64,000 nt of DNA from positions 26,621,233 to 26,685,232 of the forward strand of contig OZ316892.1 in NCBI GenBank assembly GCA_973895155.1. Direction: 5' to 3'. Positions 37,171-48,800 of the stretch are shown here, piece after piece. Source of the stretch: Marsupella aquatica. Its lineage: Eukaryota > Plantae > Marchantiophyta. The notes under the pieces are model-generated. The model was not told the DNA's origin, did not search any database, and saw nothing but the letters and a program-made list of their open reading frames with translations. Position 1 is the stretch's first letter, and each line of letters starts with the position of its first letter. The position numbers and the translations under genes are program-made.

Positions 37171-40100
37171 ATGAAATTACATATTGTTTCTCATAATGTT
37201 CAAGGTTTGTACGGGATGGACCGAATAGCTAAAATCCGGTTGTTCATAAGGGAGACTCGTCCTCACATTGATATTCTTTGTGGTCAGGAACATCATTTGA
37301 GAATAGGTTGGCTTCCTTTGCTTCCATATCAAATTTGGCAAGAGGCTGAATTCTTTTGTTGTCCTGCGTTGGATGGCTGTATTGCGACAAGAGACCCAGA
37401 AGCTGATTCAGGGAAGGGTGGATTGTTCATAGTTATGGGCCCTGGCATGAAGAATTTGATCAGTTCGGTCGGCTACCTCTTTAGTGGGAGAGGTCTTTGG
37501 TGTACATTCAATCATCTGAAGCTAGGCTCGGGGGTTTCACTTCCACAAAAATGGCATATCACGTGCGACGAAGGATAGGGTCATTTTATTGGTTGTAAGG
37601 GAAGACTTAAGAATTTTTGTAGAAGAACAATAGGGTCTTTTAAATTCAATTTTGAGACTTATAAAAACATTAGGCCTTTTTGATCCAATTTTTGGAATAT
37701 TCCAAGAATATTCTAACTTTATAGGGATTAAAAAATAATAATTTTTTCTTACATTTTAGGGGGTCCGAGGCCTAAAAACATCGCAGGTGATGGGGAGGTC
37801 CCCATATAGTGAGACCCCTGAGAAGCTAGGTATCTTTTGGATAATCAACATTTATGCTCCAACTGGGGCAGAACGAGAGTTGGAACGGTCGAATCTCTGG
37901 AATGAGATTTTTCGGGTTGTTCCTAAGTAAATAATGATATAGCTTGGTTGATTACGGGTGATTTTAATATGATTGAGTTGAAGGATCAAATTAGTGGTCG
38001 TCCTCATATCATTGGAGGTTGTGAGAAGAGACCATGGACTCATTTGAAACTCGATTTGGAAAGGAAAATGAAATGGGTTGATTCCTTTAAGGAGATTCCA
38101 GGGCAACTTCATTTTTCCTGGAGTAATAGGAGATCAGCAGGATTTCCTGGTGAGGGTGATCGTATTTTATGAAGACTAGATAGGTGTTATGCTCCTCTGG
38201 TTTCCCCTCTTATTCCATTCACTATCACATCTAAGATATTCCTGCTCAACACCTGTCTGATCATCATTCGATCAGTATTTACTGTTCTTAATTTGGGATC
38301 TATCAATTCATTTCCTTCTTGGCTTAAAATGAATACTTCCCATTTCAAGGAGGTGTTATTCAGACAACAAATGATTGGGTTGTTAGAGGCGGAAACTAGC
38401 AAGCTACAGAGAAGGAAGGTTCCCCTGATAAGAGCCTGGAAATTTGTCTTAAAAGGGCCACTAATTTTGCTAGGGCATGGAGCAAATGAAAAGCGTTGAA
38501 TAAAGCGGCTCATGGAAAGTTTTTGACGGAACAACTTGCTAAGGCATAGGTGGAATTGGAATCCTCTCCACAGGAAAGCTTTCTTCAGGCCGGCTAATCA
38601 CTCTGCATGTCAAAGTCTTCTCAGGCAGCAGGAGGATAAAAAAAAATGGATCCAAGATGCTATGAGAATGAATTGGATACAGAATGGTGATAAATGTACG
38701 AAGTTGTAGTTTAATTCATTCAAATCAAAGGCATCAGCGATTGAATTGAAAGGGCTTTATGATGAAGCTGGTCAGGTGCAAGAGGAGTGGGGTGATATGG
38801 CTAAGATCGCGATTCGTAGACGTTTGTAGCGATCTTAGCCATATCATCTAAGCCTAATTCTGGATAATTAAGGTTCATTTCAGATTACGCAGGAGGAAAA
38901 GAAAGGGTTAGAGGCAGAATTAACTCTTGATGAGATCCTATGTGCGACGAAAGCGCTTGGGTCTTTTAAAGCGCCTGGCCATAATGACATACCGGCTGAA
39001 TTCTTCTTAGCCTTTTGGGAGCAATTGGCGCCGATGTTGCTTGAGGCCATTCAATGCAGCATTCAAAAAGGGAGGTTCAGTAAGAATTTTTTTAAAGGGC
39101 TCATTGTGTTGCTTTGGAGAAAAGGGGATGAAATGATGATTGAAAATAATCGTCCTATTGTACGTGCTATTGACCGGTAAGCTACAAGATCGGAACTAAG
39201 ACATTTTAGCTACGTCTTATCCGGATCTTGACTTGGAATGTATTGGATCAACAGTATGCTTATCTCCCTAGCAGATCTATCCATCATTCGATGCTCCTTA
39301 TGAATTAGATGGTGGATCAGGCCATGTCATCATCTGATCCCTTTGTCTAGCTTAAATTGGATGTTATTAAGGCTTTTGACAGTGTGGAATGGATTTTCAT
39401 GGTTTGTATGACGGAGAGGATGGGATTAGGGGAATTCTTCTTGAATTTCTTTCGTTCCATGACGGTCAACGCTTCATCAGCACTTTTGATAAATGGAAAG
39501 GTTACGGCTCCATTTAACATTTCGGGTTCTGTTAGGCAAGGGTGCCCGATCTCACCTCTTTTCTTCATTATCGCTAGGGAATGGTAAAGACTGTCTCTTA
39601 ACAGAGAAGCTTTTTGGTGGAGGTTTAGAGGGTGTTTGTTTTCAGGAAGCAGGGCTACACTTAGCAACAGTTCTATGCTGACAATACCACTGTGATACTG
39701 AAGGGGGATAAAAAAATATTGATTCATGCAAAGCAGTATTTGACATATTTACAGCGGCTTCAGGTTTGACTTGTATCTGGGAGATTGTAAATGCAATTAT
39801 GCTTAGTTATGTCCTGCTCCCAGGATGATCTTCACTGGATATGGGAGGGCCCGAGACAATACTCAAAACTTCTCGGTTTTGTCTTTGGGGCTCGTGGTAT
39901 TGATCATGGGTGTACATTGAGTCATGTAAAGGAGGTGCTACACAAAAAGCTGGTGCTCGCGAAGAGAAGACCTCTCTCATTTATAGCTAGAGTGTTGTTG
40001 GTTAATCACATTGTGATGGGATCACTTTGGTATCTCCTTATCCTATGGAGTGGTACCAATCAGGAATTACACGCTGTGTATATGATTTTGGTTAATTTCC

Positions 40101-42220
40101 CATGGGAGGGATAGGCTATTTCAGCGAGCTGTAGAATTAACTCTCGTCTGTTGGCTCTGAAGAAAAATGAAGGAGGTGTAGTAAGGGTTAATATCTTTTG
40201 AGCACCAGGTTGCTGCTATGGCTGCTTGGTTTATTTAATTTGCTATATATATCAGATGGTCATCACCCGTTACAGCTACTACTTCGTGCCAGAATCCAAG
40301 ATCTCTTGGCTCATAAAATAATGGGGGGTGGATGATTTCTCATGGGTCTTTAACAAAAATGCAGAACTCTACCGTCTTCTGGCTCTGTTATTTGGAAAGT
40401 TATCCGTAGATCCTGGAACAAATTAAAAGTGTTTCTGGAGTTTGTAGTTCCAAATAATGTACAGGATGTCCTTGAAAGGTCGTTGTGGTCACCATCAGTT
40501 AATCCTAAGTTTATTTCCTCTATCGGGTGTAAGTCAGTGCAACAACGTCATTTGAAAGAGTTGGGGATTAAGTGCTGGAAAGATGTGATGTCTAATACAA
40601 TGACCCCTATTGAGCGGGAGGAGATGGACTCAACCTTGCAGCCACATGGCATTCAATGCGTTGCTGGATAATTCCAAATTTGTTGATGCTCAAAAATCAA
40701 AATGCGGAAAGTAAAGTGTTGGCTTCTCAGATCCCGGTGAAAGAAGGAAATCTGGTTTGGGAAATTACGGTGTCAAATGGTTCCTTTGAGAAGATGTGGA
40801 GGCCGAGAGAGATTCTATAGGATTCACTTTCATCCTTTGTTATTTGTAACGGTGTTCTTAAAAAGATTGAATGTAGTCCTCTGATCTAGAGGTTCCTCTG
40901 TTCAAAATGACCACTGGAAGAATGAAGAATTGGGTTACTTACAGATACGGGATTAGCATAATAGGAAAGTCGTGCTCTACGCTGGGTCTTGCTGATTGTT
41001 TTCAATGGACAAGTGGTAACAAATTCTTCCATGCATCTATGGCTTGTTTTCAAAAACTTCTACAAAAACGGGATTTGTCAGAGAATATTGGTCTTTGCAA
41101 ATGGCGAATGGAACTTCATGCTGTTCCCGAGGATTCTTTCATTTGGGGAAGTATTTGGAAGTCATCCAGGGAAGAAAAGGTGAACTTTTTCTTATGGCAA
41201 GTGGCACAGAGAATTATTGCTACCAAACACTATATTGGGAGACGCTCGGTGCGCAGAGATGACACTTGTGCTACCATTCCCTTTGTACATAATGATGTTG
41301 CATGGTGGTGTTTGAGATGTGATAATAATGCTCATGAAGATCTACTTCATTGTTTATGGTTGTGTCCTGATTCACAAAGGGTTTGGAGATGGATTGAGAG
41401 TCATCCTCCAGGCTGTTGGAACCAGGGAAATCAGTTTCCACCTTGATCCAAGTCAGGCAATTTTGGGATCTCCTCTTATCATTCGTAAGGACTTTCCTTC
41501 GAAGCTGTGGCACCTTGCTCGAGGGATTACATGTTGGCAGATTTGGAAAGCTCGGTGTTCTTTGGAAAAAGAACAACTGCATATCTCAAGCGTCGGGATT
41601 CAATTCAGAATCTGGCATGAGATCCGGATGAGTATGAAAATTCCTTGGAATAAGGGTTGGGCCCTGGCTTTGAATGAGGGGTGATGCAGAATGGAGTTGA
41701 TGGGACAGATGCAGTGTGATTTTGGGCGTAATGGAGGTCTTTACTGTTTACAGGATGGACAGTTTGTGGTCTATGTTAGGCCACTATGGTTCTTTAATCC
41801 TCAATGATGTGTTTTCTCTGTCTCTGGCTAGGCTTCGCTGTTTGGCGATTGTCTCGTACTTAGTCTGGTAGTTAGGGATCTGTGCATCCTTTCTGTGAAT
41901 TTTTGTTCAAGTTCAGTGCTTCAGATTTCAGTTGTTTCTGGCTGTCTCTCTGCCTGGCCTTGGGTGTGAGTTGGCCCTCATGTTTGTGTTGGATCGTAGT
42001 CTTTTTTGTTTGTGGTGGGTGATCGTTCCCGTGATCGTTGTTGGATTACTTTTCGCTGTCACCTTTAGCCTTTGCCCTCCTGACTGGATGTGTCTGGTCT
42101 TTGACTGGTTGTTGGTCTTTGTCCCTTGTTTGAGTCTGACCAGTGGTTCCCTGTTTTTTATTGTTGGATTTTACTTCCTGATGAGTAAAGTGCTCCTTTC
42201 AAAAAACAAAAATAAATAAA
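37171..42220 (+). mobile_element. Decayed L1-clade LINE ORF2 (APE endonuclease - RT - zf-RVT) with 3' UTR and A-rich tail
   Basis: SHNVQG, GQEH, NIYAP, ITGDFN, LDR, SDH; KAPG, LDVIKAFDSVEW, RQGCPISP, YADN; IWKS...KVNFFLWQ...CLRC...EDLLHCLWLC; A-rich end at ~42201-42220. Confidence 0.92.
37527..37822. mobile_element. Second copy of the CTCGGGG-TIR MITE family, 8-bp TSD aagctagg
   Basis: TIRs CTCGGGGGTTTCACT / AGTGAGACCCCTGAG. TSD at 37519-37526 and 37823-37830. Removing it rejoins the LINE frame (NHLKLG-IFWIINIYAP). Confidence 0.92.
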
Positions 42221-42922
42221 TTAAATGCACAACTTTTTACACACACTTGATTGAGATGCAATTTAGGACGTTTGAAGTAAGTTTTTTATTAGAGGTATAG
42301 TCACCAAGGATGCTAAAAATATGGCTGCAACAATGCAATAAGGCACCAATGAGAGTAGCTAGACTTCATTTTTGGTGTGGAGTTTATGATTGATACGTAA
42401 GTAGTGTACAACATTAAGGAAACATGTAGTGTACAGTATTGAACAATAACCCATGAACAAAGGCTAAACGAGTTGGCAAAGTGTCGAGCTCTTCGAATAG
42501 ATGATGGCTCTCCCAAATCCGAGAATGATAAATTATTGAATATCCTAGCTATGAACGAACTCAAAGGCAACGAGATCTCGTTCTCATTCGTTTGTTGCGC
42601 GGAAGAAGGGATGGATGGCCGGAGGTGTCACTATTGGTATCTCACTTTAAAGTTGGACCAGGGCTTGGCAATATAAATGTTAGTATACTTTTTTACAGAG
42701 CTTGGGTTTGCAGTCGTCATCGAAGCCTTCGAATCAAGCTGTAGCTTTCACCTAATAGATGATCATGAAGATTTTACTGTTAAAAGCACTCGATGTACAT
42801 ATTCAGAACAGTTTCACCTAGTGTCAATTGGTGGGCGAAATGATTTAATGGTAGCAGACATCAAACCCAATGCTAAGTAAATCAAATGTGTTATTGACCT
42901 TCAAGTTTGGTCGTCAATATTC

Positions 42923-43015
42923 AAGTAAATGTTCTGGATTACAAACCTACTGTGTCTTAACTCGTCCGGTCCGCTAGTTAAGACACAGTACGTTTGGAAT
43001 CCAGAACATTTACTT
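42923..43015. ncRNA. Short hairpin, 40-bp arms with 2 mismatches and a 13-nt loop (candidate pre-miRNA)
   Basis: aagtaaatgttctggattacaaacctactgtgtcttaact / agttaagacacagtacgtttggaatccagaacatttactt. Paralog at 49371-49465. Confidence 0.45.
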
Positions 43016-43659
43016 CATTGTTTCCAATCCGCACCAAAATCTAACTCAAAACCTACTAAGCTCAGAAATCTGGTTCATTGTGCCAGATCTTGGCAGAAGT
43101 AGTACAGTGCAGAAATTCACAGAATGGAATTTGGACTCACCAATGACTTCACAGTGTCACTGCTCCAAAGAACACAAGGCCTGCAATTGATTCAATGAAC
43201 AGGAGGAAATATGAGTGAGACAGTAACGACTACAGTATGACGTACATTGGCTCATACCCTATCAGAATTCATAGGAAGTACAACATATATAAAAGAGAGA
43301 GAATTGCGGCCACGAGATTGTAAAAACTGAAAGGACAACAACGGAAAAACGGCAACGGACAACAAATCTGTCAATGACTGAGATACAATGACCCCGGAAA
43401 AATACCCTATGTTTAAGCGGGACCGCTCCTGTGAAGGCTCAAACTTCGCAGCAAACACTGAAATCTTCAGAAGTAAAGGAATTCCCCGCGGCCCCCCTCT
43501 GAAAAAAGTCAGAGAAACTGTCCCACACGAGAGATTTACCACTTGAGCAAAGTAAAGATAATTAAACATGTGTTTCAGCTGAGATGGTAGGAATCCATAA
43601 CTATGCCCTATAACTTCTGTAAAGTAGATAAAAGAAATGATTGAATAGTAATGATCCAC

Positions 43660-44000
43660 ACCTGAGCTTGCCAAATGTAAGCAATGCGATCGCAACAAGA
43701 AACAGCATGTTTCACTCCTTCACAGATCAAAGCTCAGATTGTAACACAAAGAAAAGAATGATTGCAGGCAGGTCACATTCCTCAAACAGACGGATGGCTC
43801 TAAATCAAGAAGCGGAAAAGATAATTGCGCACCTGAGCTTGCCAAATTTAAGCAATGCGATCGCAACAAGAAACAGCATGTTTCACCCCTTCAAAGATCG
43901 AAGCTCAGATTGTAACACAAAGAAAAGAATGATTGCATGCAGGTCACATTCCTCAAACAGACGGACGGCTCTAAATCAAGAAGGGGAAAAGATAATTGCG
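43660..44000. repeat. ~170-bp tandem duplication
   Basis: cacctgagcttgccaaat...aaagataattgcg twice, near identical. Confidence 0.9.
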
Positions 44001-45862
44001 CATGAGTTGCATTGAAATACTAAATGTAGTACCTGTGTGCAGTTGACAGTGAGTAACGTACAAGAGTAATAATTGCAATAGGGCACATACGACGTGTATC
44101 GGAAAAAAGTAAAGTAGAGATATGTCAGATCAATTGACCTGAGAAGATTTGTGTGAGACTTAGATTGAAGTCACCTCAGGAGATCTGTAAAAGGTAACGT
44201 CTATCATGAGATGTTGAAGCGAGTTAATGCCAGCTTAATTATGGTACAAGTGCACGGGAGGTGAAATTCAAAAAATTATTAAAATGAGTGATCATGCGAA
44301 GATCCTTATATAGACAACGCGGTCCTAAGTCTCATGTGTCTCAATTCACCTTCAATAAGTTGAGCATTTGAATGAAAATCACAATAGTACCAACTGTGCC
44401 GGACTCAAAATTTAATGTTGCAGGAATGCAAAGCAGTTGACTGTGGTCTACAGCTAGTGATATTTCACAGAAACAAGAGAGAAATTTTGCGTATGTGGAG
44501 GTGGTTCGCTGGGGAAAAGGATGGAAGTTCATTGGTCTCGGATACAGTTCACTTAGGCATTTCAATTCAAAGATAACGGGAAAGAGACTGCAGCAGTATT
44601 TTAATTTGGGTAGCATTTTAATTCAAAAAGACCTTCAGTCGCTTGATGATGACTGCATGCACGCATTGTTGTTAGAAAATGTATACAGATTGCAGAGAAC
44701 AAGCACCTCGTTCGACTCCCTTGTTCAAAACTGAAGGTAGCAATTGGGGCCTAGGCCATCGACTCTGGATCAATTGTGAAACAACCGGTATCGGCAATAC
44801 GCAAGCATCCATCATTGCCGATCCAGACAATGGCTTCCTAAAGAGTTCATGCGCGCAGGTATTGTTACTTTTAATGAGCATCGAGTGGATTTCTAAAATA
44901 CAAATTTCAGTCACGGCTACTGTATAAATCTAGTTCAAATAACATTCAAATTAACATGAACTTCACATGGTTCACAGACGTCACAGTTACAGGTCCAATC
45001 AGACTAATTGCAGACATCATACACATCAAAATTGAATAACATTCACGGTTTTTCCAGGGTTCAGCACCGAGGCGACCGAGAGCGACCGAGACTCACTCTT
45101 GCAAGGATTCCTATCAAGATGGAAGAAATCTTTCGCGGCCCGGCAACAATCTCGGTGGAGACAGCAGAGGAACCATTTACCTGAAATTAATTCAATACTT
45201 GGGATAACCCGTCCGTGGGATTAAGTGCAGAAACGGACAATTATACTCCCCGATACAGGACACCTATATAGACAGGCTCAACAGAAGAGGGGAAACATGT
45301 ACTCACTTGGAAAAAGAGGAGTAGTGAACGAGTCTGCTAGTCGATTCGAAAGCGACCGAAACGGCTATCGTTTATCCAAGCAGTAGTTTCACTGTAAGAA
45401 GCCAGGACCTCAATCCTGAAAAGCTTGATGACTCTCAAATTGTTCCGGTAAGAGACAGGACTTCCAAAAATATCAAAACATAAGTAGGTGCCAGCAAATG
45501 CTTGATGTTGTCATGCTGCTGCTGCAATAGATAGAAAAGCTTGAATGGCATCATAGGCTTCGACTTCAGGGAAGACTATGGAATACAGTGACTGAGCTAC
45601 AGAGCGTTGGAAAGTCGGCGGGAAAGTGACATCGCGCGAGGAGTACATGATCCGTGATCAGCTGCACTTGTAGCTTCTGGCGTGACTTTTTTTTTATCTG
45701 CAACTTTTCAATCTATCACAACACCAGCAGAACAACATCAAGCGTTTGCAGCACACGTACCGCAGGCTGTTCGACTATCCACCTGACGCCACATCGAATC
45801 CAGTGAAATTCTTTGCCCGATTACTTGTGCACGAGTCTCCAGCGAAGAAACCTCAGGAAGTA

Positions 45863-48800
45863 AAGCCTACTAAGCTGAGAAATCTTGGTTCATTGTACGT
45901 GCAGGTAATGAGTCCACCCACGTTGTCAACCTTGGTTTCAACTTCTTTCGATCACCACGAGTCCCAGTAGCAGGTGCTCAGATGACGGATCAACCAATCG
46001 CAGCTGGACGAAATAATCCGATATCGCAGCGCGCAACAGCATGGTGCCCATCATCATTTCGAGCTGGGAGTCCGAGGACGTCACTTCGCCAAACCGATCC
46101 AAGAGGCCTTGAAAAATCGTCGTGTAGATGGGATATTAGCGATGATCATGCATCGTGATGAGAGCGCTGTACATTTCAAAGCACAGGAGGTGCTGAGCAT
46201 CGTATGCCAAGAAAAAGGACGAGAACGGCTACTTTGAAACTCTTTGCAAAAGCAGAAGATGAGTGACTTTGGGTTGCACAGTTCACTTACCCAGAATCCT
46301 ACGGATCAGACGACTAGAAGCAGTAGACAAGACATATAACAAGATTCTGCGGAGTCCAGCCAAGCTAGTCCACGGTGAACGGTTTGGGGTAAGGTTTCGC
46401 GGAGTACTAGCTAGCTCAAGAATTGATCTAGATACTAGCTAACGCAAGAATTGTACATATATTTAAGTTGCATTCGCGTGAATCTAGCCTACCTCCCTAT
46501 CTCCAGGAGGAACCAAACGAACTTAAAATAATGTCTAATTTTGAATCCTTTGCTTTACGAAATCGCATGAGACTTGTAGCTATAGCTCATCAGATTTTGA
46601 TTCAACAAAACAATAGTAACGGAGATAATGCGCACAACATATTGAACGCATTGGCAGGAACTTGAAAGTCTACTCACACCGGCACACCGGCGTTGCCATT
46701 AGGCCTTTAGTTCTTAATTAACTGTATGGTGAAGTGTATCCAGAGAAAAATACATGAATGGAGTTGAGTACATCGCGTGCGTTGAGGTTGGAGATGTCCT
46801 CGCCTTCAACGTGCAAGAAGGGACTCGGAAAAGAACCATACACCATTTGCTGACAAATCTATAACGAGATGCCTGGTAGTTTTCAGTGAAAGTCTGCTCA
46901 GGATAGACACTAATCATCAAAGGCTCCATGTGCAAGAGTATGATTGTGCTAGACATCATTGATCATGTGTCAATACAGGTTTTCGATCGAGGTTGCAATT
47001 TTCCTTGTTGGATACCTCGAGTTGACTTGCCTGCACATAACGAAAGTATCGTTGCAGCGAACAGGATGGTAACCTGCATTGCAAAACTACAAGCACGTCG
47101 TTCTCCATGAAAGGTGACTGTCATTCTGATGTCCTCCCGAGTCTCTTCCTGCACGTTGAAGGACGATTAATCGTCAACTTGAACGCAAGCCATGTACAGA
47201 ACCCCATTCAGCTATGCGTCCCTAGCTGCGATGGTAACTGGCCGGATCTCGGGGGATATGTTCTAAAGCCTTATTCTCAGCTTTGATTAGTGTTCCAAGA
47301 CTCACATTGCAAAATCCCCCGTCCCAAGGTATCCCGTCCACTACTTAATATTACTCTGCAATGCTGTTTATATATGCGCGGAGATGTACAGTAATCCCTT
47401 TAAGTCTCTGACTGAGGTTTGTAGAGTCTATCTTATCTACCCAAAAGGTCCAGTGTTGGCCAGTTACCCTGGCCTGAACAGTTTGATTCTCTTTGATAGT
47501 TTTGCAAACATGACGGGTTGCTGTTATCTTACTAATAATTCGCAGAGGGAAGTAACTTTTAAAGTCTGAAGCCTAGACAGTAACTCTCAATAAGAACAAA
47601 GGTGACAAAACTTAGAATGAGGGTGCTTCAAAGGGACATAACAAAGATGAACAAAATTGATAGCCAAAACTGACATGAAGGTGGACAAATATAAGATGAA
47701 CTAGCTCTAGATAAAGATCAAAACTGAAATGAAGATCAGGAATGGTGCAAAATGAGCAGGAAATATATTTTTTGTGTGTATCTAACAAGTAATCGTGCTT
47801 GTCAAATAATTAATACAATACAACATCCGATAGCTCCGTTCTAAAATGTCGCTCGCGCGCGTCCTACAAACCAACGTGCAGCAGGTTAACGATTCAGACT
47901 AAGTACATCCGATCAGTTGAGCCTCAATATCGATCAAGGCAACTTCATTCTTCGCCCTTGAAGCTTTGTTCGTTGATACATTGAACTACTAGCGCACGAA
48001 CTGCATGCATGTTAAATCGCGATCTCTCATCTTGCGCTCGCGCAGTGCAAAACTTGAGAAGGATATATCCACGACTGTATCTGCACAAGGAGTCAAGCAA
48101 AACCGGAAATGGATACACAACTCCATCTGCACAAGGAGTCATGACAAGCAAAACTTCAAATGGATCCACAACTCTATCTAGCTGCACAAGGAGTCAAGCT
48201 TCTTAGCCGGTAATATATAGGTGATGATGCAAATCCAAACAGTGCAGGTTCAGAATTAAAATATAATGAACTCGTCCGGGCTGCTAGTGTAGTTGAGCGT
48301 TGACGAGCAAAGCTAGGTGAAGGTCAACAACCCCATGGAGTTCAACTATGCACTCGACAGTTTGATGATCTGATGCCATTGAGTCGTTTCCCCGATGAAG
48401 TGGCATTAGATGAACCTGTCCTGATGTACATCAATTCATCGTTACGGTCGCGGGAGATCAAGGCCTGTGTTGGCCAAACTGGCTAAAACTGGAAGTCGCT
48501 ACGTACAGAGCGTGTTATGGTTTTGAGAACCCAAACCTACCAACGTCCCCTGAATGAGCGTATGCATCCTGAACAGATGCATGAACGAATCAAGCCCGTA
48601 TCGTACCCTTTGGCGTCAAATGAAACAGTCACCGCCTCTAACCACTCAACTGACAACTAATCTACTTGATACAATCGAACTCCAATACTAAGTTATCGAT
48701 CTTGAGGAATTCATGCACCTACAACAGATACGCACTAGCCACCACCTAAACAGGCCCTACTGAAGCCAGGAATTTGTTATACTTCTGCAATGTGCATTCA

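Noticed and set aside
43641-44015. 124-aa ORF with an internal repeat
   Set aside because: Explained by the ~170-bp tandem duplication; no independent coding evidence.
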